IMG/VR virus record: IMGVR_UViG_3300015360_000032
Location: 1-64,000 of that record
Reading direction: 5' to 3' (one strand)
Source of the DNA: a virus
DNA length: 64,000 nucleotides
Shown: positions 27,873 to 35,693 of the stretch, one piece after another
How positions within the stretch are numbered: the first letter of the stretch is position 1
Layout: each line of letters opens with the position of its first letter
Made by a program: the position numbers and the translations under genes
The notes under the pieces: model-generated
Databases searched by the model: none
The model's input: only the letters and a program-made list of their open reading frames with translations
Told to the model about the DNA's origin: nothing

Positions 27873-28067
27873 CTAGCTCCGCTGCCCGATGCCCGTGCCG
27901 GTCTGCACGTAGAAGTCAGGCTTCTTGTTATCCTTGATTTCCCCCCCGGGGCCAGCAAGGACAAGCTCAAGCTCGCGGGTAGCAAGGGCGCATGACTGGC
28001 CCTGGAAACCTTGCGCATCAATGCTCGACGTACCGTCGGGCTTGATTTCAACCACAATCTTTCTCAT
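27873..28067 (-). CDS. DUF2997 family protein
   Basis: IKPDG...GFQGQSC..AT..LE...KPDFY. Confidence 0.8.
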   Translation of the reverse strand: MRKIVVEIKPDGTSSIDAQGFQGQSCALATRELELVLAGPGGEIKDNKKPDFYVQTGTGIGQRS

Positions 28068-28091
28068 GGATATCTCTCCTGTTTTGCGTAG

Positions 28092-28168
28092 TGGCGTGGC
28101 GTAAGGGAGTCGAACCCCTGACCTACCCCTTAGAAGGGGGTTGCTCTATCCTGCTGAGCTAACGCCAC
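28092..28168 (-). tRNA. tRNA-Arg (anticodon UCU)
   Basis: Cloverleaf GTGGCGT...TAGCTCAG...ACCCC-CTTCTAA-GGGGT...GGTTCGACTCC...ACGCCAC-G-CCA. Confidence 0.93.
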
Positions 28169-28179
28169 GAGTTGTTGTA

Positions 28180-28626
28180 TTACAGACCCGCGCCGGTGAT
28201 TTCCAGTGCGACTGTGCCGTCCAGCTTAGAGATGCGGCGAACCATGTGACCCTTGCGGCGTGCCGCTTCCGTGGTCGCGTGAATGCCATACATCTGAAAC
28301 AGCTTGCCCATCTGCGCCTGTTCGCGCGTCTCCGGGCAAGACGCCTTGGCCCCGAGTGCGGCTGCAACGCCACCGCCATAGAAGTCCGTGCGAGCTTCGT
28401 AGCTGCCGTCCGCTGTCTTGTAGAGGCCGACATCATAGCTGGACGAAGCCAGATGGATGACGAAGTCTGCTTGGCCCATGCCTGCCTGATTGGTGAAGTA
28501 GGCGCGGGGCGTGGCGTTCTCAACCAGGGTGCAAGCAATTCCGCTCTTTGCAAGCTCCTCGACTGCGGCGCGCAGCGCGGAGACGGATTGAATCTTGATC
28601 GACTTGATCGAAGAGGTGTGGGACAT
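28180..28626 (-). CDS. DUF1257 (Ycf35-like) protein
   Basis: MSHTSSIK..I.....L..A...YDVG...DG.Y...TDFY...LFQMYG...A...G. Confidence 0.8.
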   Translation of the reverse strand: MSHTSSIKSIKIQSVSALRAAVEELAKSGIACTLVENATPRAYFTNQAGMGQADFVIHLASSSYDVGLYKTADGSYEARTDFYGGGVAAALGAKASCPETREQAQMGKLFQMYGIHATTEAARRKGHMVRRISKLDGTVALEITGAGL

Positions 28627-28660
28627 AGGTGCCTTTCGTGTGTTGGGCTAGAGAATTGAA

Positions 28661-28689
28661 AGTGTACTGGAAAATGAAATTGATTTCAA
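28661..28689 (-). promoter_or_regulatory. sigma70 promoter TTGAAA-N17-TACACT whose -35 is one arm of the 16-bp palindrome
   Basis: Read directly; palindrome at 28674-28689. Confidence 0.6.
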
Positions 28690-28692
28690 AGG

Positions 28693-29304
28693 TCAGGTCC
28701 TCCTCTTAAGGATGATTCTGCGGGTAGGTGTATCCGCGATTTCCCTCATCTGGATACCTGTCGGGGTCGAGATTGCTTTCAGGCTCGGGCGGGGAATGGA
28801 CTCGGGCTGGCTCTCCAGAATCTCAAAGCACTCCCCGATTTCCTCCTCCTCCATGAAGCGGCGAATGTATGAGTTATTGATTTCGATCATCTGCTGTTCT
28901 AGCTCTTCCGCGTTCAGGATGTCCGCATACCCACTGAACATCATGAATCTGTCTCCACACATGTTCTCCCATCCAGTTGGAATGAAAGCCATGATGTTGT
29001 AAAGCGGTGCCCCGACCCGCAGGCGAAGGAACAACGCACCCTCCCTCAGTGGTGCGCCGTTGCGCTTCCAGCTAGCCTGCAAAAGAATCACAGTACCTAG
29101 CGGATGCTCAACAGGCGCGGTAATCAGTACGCCGGTATGCTCGAATTGTCCTACCTGCATCCTGCTCTGCGCCCCCCGACTGGCCCCGCTAGTAACTGCG
29201 GAGATGCGAGCAAACGGCGCAGAGACCTTCATGGCCCCGTAGGTCGCAAGCGTGTTGCTCATGTTGGCTTTGCCAAAGCCGATTGTGACGGTTGCTTTAG
29301 ACAT
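28693..29304 (-). CDS. Hypothetical protein
   Basis: ORF coupled to the AAA ATPase. Confidence 0.6.
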   Translation of the reverse strand: MSKATVTIGFGKANMSNTLATYGAMKVSAPFARISAVTSGASRGAQSRMQVGQFEHTGVLITAPVEHPLGTVILLQASWKRNGAPLREGALFLRLRVGAPLYNIMAFIPTGWENMCGDRFMMFSGYADILNAEELEQQMIEINNSYIRRFMEEEEIGECFEILESQPESIPRPSLKAISTPTGIQMREIADTPTRRIILKRRT

Positions 29305-29306
29305 GG

Positions 29307-30989
29307 TTAGCCCCTGCTAGGGGTAAGAATGCGACGAGTCCTAGGCGTTGCTCCCCCGGGTGATCCCGCTGCTGCGGGCTCGTAGCTCACCGGGGTTGCG
29401 TTGTCTTTGGCCCATTTGAGAATGCGGTCGATGTTCTCTTTGTGCGATTTTGACATAGGCACCATCTCGCGGATAGCCTTCACGATATGCCGCATTTCCA
29501 AGTCTTGCGCATCCTCATCATTGTAGGAATCGATCAATGCCGACTTGACTGCTGACTCAATCTCCGCAGGGACGTACCCCTCAGTTACTGCCATGAACTC
29601 AGCAATCTCCGCAGATTTGAATTTCTTGATGTCACGCTTGCGCTTGCGAAGGTGAATAGCAAGCACGTCTCTACGGTCGATTGCGTCTGGCAACCCCGAT
29701 GCAAAGATTTCGTCGAAGCGACCACGGCGAAGTAGCTCGGGCGGCAAGCTGTCGATACGGTTCGCGGTGACGATGGTAAAGACTGGCGCGGTGTTCTCCT
29801 GCAACCAAGTTAGGAACGTTCCAAGCACGCGGGACGATGATCCTGCATCGCCGCCGCCTGCGCCTGCTCCCCCTAGTCCCTTGTCGATTTCATCTACGAA
29901 CAAGACCACGGGGGCCATGCCCTCGATCATCTTCAATGCCTGACGTACGCGGCTTTCCGAATCGCCAAGCCACTTAGAGAAGACGCGGCCAAAATCCAAA
30001 CGGACCAGAGGAATCTCAAGCTCGAAAGCTGCTGCCTTTGCGACAAGGCTCTTTCCGGTTCCGGGTACGCCGGCCAGTACGATCCCCTTCGGCGGCTGAA
30101 TCCCGTACTCTCGGGCTTCGTCCGTGAAGCAAGTAGCGCGCAGGCGCAACCAATCCTTAAGCCGGCCCATACCACCGACGTTCTCAATGTCTTCGGTGTG
30201 AGTCAGTTCGAGGATTTCTGATTGCCTAACTATGGCAGTTTTCCCCCTCGCTACCCCTTCAAGCAGCCTGTCCGCAGTGATGGCATCGTCCTGCGCCAAA
30301 CTCGCATCAATGACGGAAATTGCCACATAGGTTTCGAACTCCTGCAAGGATAGGCCGAGGCCCATGTTTGCAATCTTGATCAGTTGCTCCTCCGTGACTG
30401 TCGAACCTTTCGGGAACGTGCTTTTGTTCTTCGTCATGTCCTTGATGGAGCGCGAAAGAATGGCCCGCAGTTCCTCTGAATCCGGGGTAGGCAAGTCCGC
30501 GACAACTACGGTACCCACGGCAAGCTCCGTGATCGGGACATCCGGCGTAACGAGAATCGTGCAAACGTTTGTCGATGGCAGGATCGCGGAGTATTGCTGA
30601 AGCATCTCCGTGACAATCGGCATGCCCACGAGGAACGGCATCGGGTTGATGTAGATAAAGTAGTGAACCTTGTCCCTGCGCAGCGAGACTTGGCTTGTCG
30701 GGCCGCGAAGGTCTTCCAGCGGAGCGCGCAACGCTTCAAGAAAGTCTTTACCGTCGCCTGTTACCTTATGGTCCGCAAAGTTCTCCGTAGTGAAGACGCG
30801 GAACCCATTGGTAATGTCCCATTCCTTATAGGGCTCTCCCGAGCCGACAAGATTCTTTCGCAGGATAAGCGCGGCCCGTAAAACCTCCCGGGTACGTATC
30901 TGGATAACTGATCCGCCAGCATCTGCAAGACGGTGAATGCTGCCCATCAGCATAGCTTCGCTGTGGGGCGCTTGTGCAATAGAAGACAT
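29307..30989 (-). CDS. Ycf46/SpoVK-type AAA+ ATPase
   Basis: VGGMGRLKDWL, GVPGTGKS, LFVDEIDK and TANR...PPELLRRGRFDE motifs. Confidence 0.9.
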   Translation of the reverse strand: MSSIAQAPHSEAMLMGSIHRLADAGGSVIQIRTREVLRAALILRKNLVGSGEPYKEWDITNGFRVFTTENFADHKVTGDGKDFLEALRAPLEDLRGPTSQVSLRRDKVHYFIYINPMPFLVGMPIVTEMLQQYSAILPSTNVCTILVTPDVPITELAVGTVVVADLPTPDSEELRAILSRSIKDMTKNKSTFPKGSTVTEEQLIKIANMGLGLSLQEFETYVAISVIDASLAQDDAITADRLLEGVARGKTAIVRQSEILELTHTEDIENVGGMGRLKDWLRLRATCFTDEAREYGIQPPKGIVLAGVPGTGKSLVAKAAAFELEIPLVRLDFGRVFSKWLGDSESRVRQALKMIEGMAPVVLFVDEIDKGLGGAGAGGGDAGSSSRVLGTFLTWLQENTAPVFTIVTANRIDSLPPELLRRGRFDEIFASGLPDAIDRRDVLAIHLRKRKRDIKKFKSAEIAEFMAVTEGYVPAEIESAVKSALIDSYNDEDAQDLEMRHIVKAIREMVPMSKSHKENIDRILKWAKDNATPVSYEPAAAGSPGGATPRTRRILTPSRG

Positions 30990-31067
30990 GAATTGTTCCT
31001 TATGAGGGGCTTACGCCCGGTCGTACTTGGACCGATATGGGGGCTGGAATAGCGACCCATGGGGAAC

Positions 31068-31096
31068 ATTGTAGGACATGTCAACCGACTTGGCTA
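31068..31096 (-). promoter_or_regulatory. Putative promoter TAGCCA-N17-TACAAT upstream of the AAA ATPase
   Basis: Directly downstream of a terminator and 11 bp from a palindrome copy. Confidence 0.5.
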
Positions 31097-31143
31097 CTTC
31101 AGTTTCATTGAAATCAATTTCATTTGTGAGTTGAACGCCCAAT

Positions 31144-31166
31144 AAAAAAGCGCCCCGAAGGGCGCT
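31144..31166 (-). terminator. Rho-independent terminator ending the late/lysis block
   Basis: AGCGCCC-TTCG-GGGCGCT followed by a T-run. Confidence 0.85.
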
Positions 31167-31191
31167 CTGTCCGAAGGCCGTAGCCTGCGGG

Positions 31192-31644
31192 TTAGACCAG
31201 GGCGGTGTAGTCGCCGTAGGTACCTTGGTCGGCATCAGCAACCGCTTGACCGACAGCAACCTTCTCGACGAAACGAGCTTGGAAGCGGCCACCGAGAGTG
31301 GCTACGGTGAGGGCGACATCAGTGCCAGCGCCATTCTTAGCATGCGTGACCTTCACAGCGGTAACGCCAGGAGCCACCGCACCGCCGTAGCCAGCAGCGC
31401 TGACAGTGGTGTAGACCTTGTCTGCGCCGTAGACCGCGTAGTCGCCAGCAACAGCTTGCGGATCATCGCTGGTGAAAGCCAGGGTCACATCGCTCGGGCC
31501 AGCCACCGAGAAAAAGATGTCGTGCGTCTTGGTCGGATCAAGGCCGGTGACCTTGGTAACCGATGTGTTGGCAGTGAACGTAACGGCGTTGACTTGGTCG
31601 TTGCCGATTCTGGCGAGGCCGGTACGGCCAATGGGGGTGCTCAT
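31192..31644 (-). CDS. Hypothetical beta-rich protein, possibly virion-associated
   Basis: Strong RBS, followed by a terminator. Confidence 0.6.
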   Translation of the reverse strand: MSTPIGRTGLARIGNDQVNAVTFTANTSVTKVTGLDPTKTHDIFFSVAGPSDVTLAFTSDDPQAVAGDYAVYGADKVYTTVSAAGYGGAVAPGVTAVKVTHAKNGAGTDVALTVATLGGRFQARFVEKVAVGQAVADADQGTYGDYTALV

Positions 31645-31688
31645 AAAACTCCTTGTGTTGCGGATATCTCCGCGTTGGGTTCGCGCAG

Positions 31689-32012
31689 CTACGGAGTAGC
31701 CCGCTCCTTTTGGACTACTATTTCAAGGTAGTCAGCTAACGTGGTGTGCCGCTGGATGCATTCGGCCAAAGCCTTTGCCATGTCTGCGTAGTCTTGTAGC
31801 AGCGACCCCACCTCGTTGGCGGGCATTGCTGCCGGCAATCCTTCACATCGCTTCAACCAATCCATCTTGATGTTGGCTACTGCAACCTCAGTTTCCGACT
31901 TGAATTTAATTTCAGGCCGTACCTCGTTATGCGCGCAACCAACCAACACTGCGATTATGGCTGCGATCCCGACGCTGGCAAAGGGGCGACAAGCTGTCTG
32001 GCCTTTTTCCAT
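31689..32012 (-). CDS. o-spanin (Rz1-like lipoprotein)
   Basis: Lipobox VLVGC, Cys pair; overlaps the 3' end of the i-spanin. Confidence 0.75.
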   Translation of the reverse strand: MEKGQTACRPFASVGIAAIIAVLVGCAHNEVRPEIKFKSETEVAVANIKMDWLKRCEGLPAAMPANEVGSLLQDYADMAKALAECIQRHTTLADYLEIVVQKERATP

Positions 32013-32359
32013 TCTTCATATCCCCCGGGCGGCAGTGGTTGGGCGTAAAACTCACGAACGATTTCGCGCTCTTTCGTGATGTTGTTCGTGATGGTGGTGT
32101 GTTCTATCTTGATTTTTGCAATGGATTGCAAAAGCTCTTCTCTTCTCTTCTCTGCAAGGTCGCGGTAGAACTTTGTCGAGGCGGCGTGCTTGTCTATCTC
32201 TTTCTGGATGTTTAGTACCGCCTCACTCACGGCCTGCAATTTTCTTTCCTCTTCGCCAGCGCGAGTTACGTTCCAAGTAGTATAGATTGTCAGCGCGACA
32301 AGCGCGGCGAATGCGCCTAGCTTGAGATACAGGGACCAGGGCGCTAGCCAGCTAAACAT
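31955..32359 (-). CDS. i-spanin (Rz-like)
   Basis: N-terminal TM helix plus coiled coil. Confidence 0.75.
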   Translation of the reverse strand: MFSWLAPWSLYLKLGAFAALVALTIYTTWNVTRAGEEERKLQAVSEAVLNIQKEIDKHAASTKFYRDLAEKRREELLQSIAKIKIEHTTITNNITKEREIVREFYAQPLPPGGYEEWKKARQLVAPLPASGSQP

Positions 32360-32362
32360 CGC

Positions 32363-32722
32363 TTAGCTCTTCGAGGCGTAGCCCTGAACCACAGAGCTAG
32401 TGCCCGCTGCCTTGATTCGAACGTTCTGCACGCCCCTAACGTCGAGCTTGATCCAGTGGATGCCAACGCCTGCGGCGGCAAGGTTACCGGACGCCTTCAA
32501 GATCGGGTGATTCGGAGTGGTGAAGTCGCCCGACACACCGGCCATGGGGAGCCAGTTACCCGCACCGACGATTTGATACTCGACGGTGAAGGCACTCAAA
32601 GCGGCCGTAGCAACGGAGAAATCCAGCCACAGCACCGAGTAATCGGATACTTGAAGGGTAGCGACAACCTCTAGGGCGTCGATATCCAGATTAACGAAAT
32701 TCTCTCTCTTTGACAGTGCCAT
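32363..32722 (-). CDS. Hypothetical beta-sandwich protein
   Basis: ORF between endolysin and spanins. Confidence 0.6.
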   Translation of the reverse strand: MALSKRENFVNLDIDALEVVATLQVSDYSVLWLDFSVATAALSAFTVEYQIVGAGNWLPMAGVSGDFTTPNHPILKASGNLAAAGVGIHWIKLDVRGVQNVRIKAAGTSSVVQGYASKS

Positions 32723-32740
32723 TTCGAACTCCTAGTAAGG

Positions 32741-33292
32741 TTAGGTGACGCGGTGCAAAACCCAGCCAAAGATAAAATCTTCTTGTGATTGGTTCTTTTC
32801 CGCGATGTCCATATAGCGACAGGTTTGCAGGCCGTTCAAGATTCGGAGCATGACTTTTTCGCCATCGGGGTATCGATTCATGAGGAAGGTTTTCAGCGTA
32901 TGCACAGTCATCTTTCCGATCTTGCCATCAACAGTAAGGTCCGGATATCTCTTGCCCTGCGCGTTGAGCGCGTTCAATGCTTTTTGCAACCAGCGGCTCG
33001 GGTGATCCGGCCCCATATTCACCCCTGTGTCGAACATCTCTTCGGCTATAGCTTCGCTGACTGTGGAGACCATCCAGAATCCCGTGGCAATCCAGTATCT
33101 CTCTTGGTAGATACTTGCCGCGAGCGTCTTTGAAATTGATTTCATATCGCCAGTGTATCCCCACGCTCTGGCAACTTGCTCTGTGATCCCATGGTTGGTC
33201 GGGCCACCGCGATCATTGGGGTGGTCTACATAGCCGCCCTCTCGGGCGATTAGATCATCAATGTACTTCTGGACTTTCGGGTTCATCATCAT
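32741..33292 (-). CDS. Endolysin, glycoside hydrolase family 108 with peptidoglycan-binding domain
   Basis: REGGYVDHPNDRGGPTNHGIT, FDTGVNMG, VDGKIG and FIFGW motifs. Confidence 0.95.
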   Translation of the reverse strand: MMMNPKVQKYIDDLIAREGGYVDHPNDRGGPTNHGITEQVARAWGYTGDMKSISKTLAASIYQERYWIATGFWMVSTVSEAIAEEMFDTGVNMGPDHPSRWLQKALNALNAQGKRYPDLTVDGKIGKMTVHTLKTFLMNRYPDGEKVMLRILNGLQTCRYMDIAEKNQSQEDFIFGWVLHRVT

Positions 33293-33690
33293 TGGGGTTT
33301 CTCTTCAGCTTGTGGGGGAGGCATGTTGACAGGGGGGGTCTTCACTCCGCGATAAACATCAAGGGCCTGCATAACAAGTAACGAGCCTGACCATACGGAT
33401 GCGTAGAGGACGAACTCCTCCATTTGAATTTTGTCGTTCAACACACGAACAAAGATCGCCCATGTGTGAGTCATGCAGCAGATGAAAGCAAAAAGCCTTC
33501 CCGAGGAGAGCTTACCGCTGTCGGCGCGAAGAAAATCGCTGGCATCAAAGTGGCTGCTCTTCTGTGCCTTGAACAGCACCCAGACAAACATCGCCGCCAT
33601 GCCGATCAGAGTCAGCAATGGCATTAGCCTGTCAAACGCAAAGGCGCTAAACAGAGAGGCCGCAGCCTTTACGTAGTCGGGTCCGTCCAT
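33289..33690 (-). CDS. Holin candidate (3 TM)
   Basis: Hydrophobic helices and GKLSSGR motif; coupled to the endolysin. Confidence 0.55.
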   Translation of the reverse strand: MDGPDYVKAAASLFSAFAFDRLMPLLTLIGMAAMFVWVLFKAQKSSHFDASDFLRADSGKLSSGRLFAFICCMTHTWAIFVRVLNDKIQMEEFVLYASVWSGSLLVMQALDVYRGVKTPPVNMPPPQAEEKPQ

Positions 33691-33747
33691 TCTTGTTTCC
33701 AGTAAGGAGAATGCCCCGGCGCTTCGCGGCAACCGGGGCGTGGCCCT

Positions 33748-34110
33748 TTAGGCCGGGGGCGTATCGGCAGGCACATCCTCAGCCGGATCAGGAGCGGGTG
33801 CCGGTGCGGAGGAGGCCAGCGCGGCGGTAATCTGGGCCTGGACCGCGTCCAGATCATCGGCGGCTTTCTGGAGCATCACCGGGTCACAGTGATTCACCAT
33901 CGCTTCAGCAAGTTGCGTCTTCAGCGACATGAGGGCGTTGACCGCCAACACAGCAACTTGCTTGGTCTCCTCGACTTCTTTGGCGAGATTATTGGATGCT
34001 TGGTTCATGATTTTTGCCCTTTCTATGAGCTTGTCAACGGACAGTCGGAGTGAAGTCAGCAAGTCTGGCGCTTGCTTCTTCGGCGGAAAAATCCACTCAA
34101 ATAGGCACAT
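33748..34110 (-). CDS. Hypothetical coiled-coil protein
   Basis: ORF in the lysis region. Confidence 0.55.
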   Translation of the reverse strand: MCLFEWIFPPKKQAPDLLTSLRLSVDKLIERAKIMNQASNNLAKEVEETKQVAVLAVNALMSLKTQLAEAMVNHCDPVMLQKAADDLDAVQAQITAALASSAPAPAPDPAEDVPADTPPA

Positions 34111-34442
34111 TACTTTCCCTTCCCATTTGAATTGCCAGACGCCTCTTTGCGTAATTCTTCTACGTTTTTTTGTAAATCTTTCAGAGAGCTTTCGATGCGC
34201 AGCAAGGAGGTATTGATAGCCAAGTCCTGCTGGGTGTCCCTCTCCCTCTGATAAATCTTGGCCTCTTCGAGAACGATCACTCGTTTGTCTAGGCTTGACC
34301 AGCCAATGAACAGAGCGATTGCCATTCCAAAGAAGGTGAGGAGGTGCCCTGCGTTAATGGTGGGGTCAAAGGTAAGGCCCCTTCTGTTGTGCGGTGGCAT
34401 AGGGTTATCCTCGTAACGATTATCTTCGAAGTTCACAAGCAT
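34110..34442 (-). CDS. Single-TM coiled-coil membrane protein (holin/antiholin-like)
   Basis: FDPTINAGHLLT...LDKRVIVLE pattern. Confidence 0.55.
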   Translation of the reverse strand: MLVNFEDNRYEDNPMPPHNRRGLTFDPTINAGHLLTFFGMAIALFIGWSSLDKRVIVLEEAKIYQRERDTQQDLAINTSLLRIESSLKDLQKNVEELRKEASGNSNGKGK

Positions 34443-34813
34443 GGAGTGCCCGATTTAGGTTTACGGGGGCGCCTAAAAAGGCCACTATTCGAATTGAATC
34501 TCATGACCGCGTCTGGGTTGTTTTCCAGAGCGTCTGCCGCTTCAGCCCACGTCAATTCATCCAGAATCATGTGTCCGCATTCCATGAGACACCAGCTACG
34601 GCTGTTGACCGTGGCTGAATCGAATATTCTTTTTAGCCCCTCACTTTTTCCTTCTTGATTCTCGTAGCGAAACGGAGGGGGGCTTCGAATAAGAGGGGGC
34701 CTCGGTGGGGAGGGCCTATAGCGAGCTTCCCTGGCTTCCTCTGGTTCGTCGTCTAGGGCGAAGCGGGACTTGAAGAGTCCCCCCCAAACCCGAAACTGCT
34801 TATCGAGCATCAC
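34433..34813 (-). CDS. Hypothetical protein
   Basis: ORF coupled to neighbours. Confidence 0.45.
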   Translation of the reverse strand: MMLDKQFRVWGGLFKSRFALDDEPEEAREARYRPSPPRPPLIRSPPPFRYENQEGKSEGLKRIFDSATVNSRSWCLMECGHMILDELTWAEAADALENNPDAVMRFNSNSGLFRRPRKPKSGTPCL

Positions 34814-35568
34814 TGCACCGAGCAGAGAGCGACAGGGTTTGCAATCGCTACTTGTGTGCCGCTAGGCGCGGGAACAGGAACAGAGCAGTAGTCGCTCGTC
34901 GGTGTACTCCAAATCTCTTTGGTACACGAGCAGACTGTGTACTGAGCTACCCGGGCATACGTGGCCTTGAATTGATTTGCAGCCGGGGGGACGCCACGAA
35001 TAAAATCAAAGACTGCGCGGGTGCCGATGGGGACGGCGTTGCTAGGGGCCTTGACCACTTTGAACACCGGATCGGGCGGCTTCATTGCAAGCATGGCTCC
35101 GTAGTGCGGGCACCAGATCGCAAGTCTTGCCGGATCAGCGGCAGAGGGGAGAGGATACTTCTTTATTGCCAGCTTCGCGGAGGCAAGACGGTCTGCTGAG
35201 GAGAGTACCCCGGGAAGCTCTCCCGTCATGGTGGACATCTCTGCGAATGTCCATGCACCCATCGCCCAATTCCACGTAGTCTTCGTGGGGCAGAATTGCC
35301 AGAGGGTAACCCCCGCACTTGCGCCGGCGAGGACGGACTTGTAATCAAACCCTTTGCCTGTTCCCCCGAAGAGGGTAGGAAGGCACTGGATCGGGTCGAG
35401 CGGCGTTGCCGCAGTATCAGTGGAGTTGACTCTCGTGGGGCCGGTGAGGCCTCCGTACGCCACGCAGACATGGTTCGTTGTCGGCGGGGGTGTACTGGGG
35501 CCATCAACCTGCGCCAGGAGGGGCGCGGGCAAAAGCAAGGCGAGCAGGAGAAAACAAAAGCGGTACAT
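34810..35568 (-). CDS. Secreted Cys-rich hypothetical protein
   Basis: Signal peptide MYRFCFLLLALLLPAPLLA-Q; several Cys. Confidence 0.6.
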   Translation of the reverse strand: MYRFCFLLLALLLPAPLLAQVDGPSTPPPTTNHVCVAYGGLTGPTRVNSTDTAATPLDPIQCLPTLFGGTGKGFDYKSVLAGASAGVTLWQFCPTKTTWNWAMGAWTFAEMSTMTGELPGVLSSADRLASAKLAIKKYPLPSAADPARLAIWCPHYGAMLAMKPPDPVFKVVKAPSNAVPIGTRAVFDFIRGVPPAANQFKATYARVAQYTVCSCTKEIWSTPTSDYCSVPVPAPSGTQVAIANPVALCSVQ

Positions 35569-35651
35569 ATCTCAACCCTCTGGAGAGGATTACAAAGACA
35601 TGGCCTGCCGCCAAGATTTGCAATCAATTTCAAATATGTACCGTTGTCGAG

Positions 35652-35681
35652 ATTATAGAGGCACAGTATCTCCCGTGGCTA
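35652..35681 (-). promoter_or_regulatory. Putative promoter TAGCCA-N18-TATAAT upstream of the lysis-region genes
   Basis: Perfect -10; a palindrome copy lies just downstream (35618-35633). Confidence 0.5.
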
Positions 35682-35693
35682 CCAAACTACATA

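Noticed and set aside
31011-31292. 93-aa minus-strand ORF
   Set aside because: It spans a clear terminator and promoter region and overlaps the 150-aa gene.
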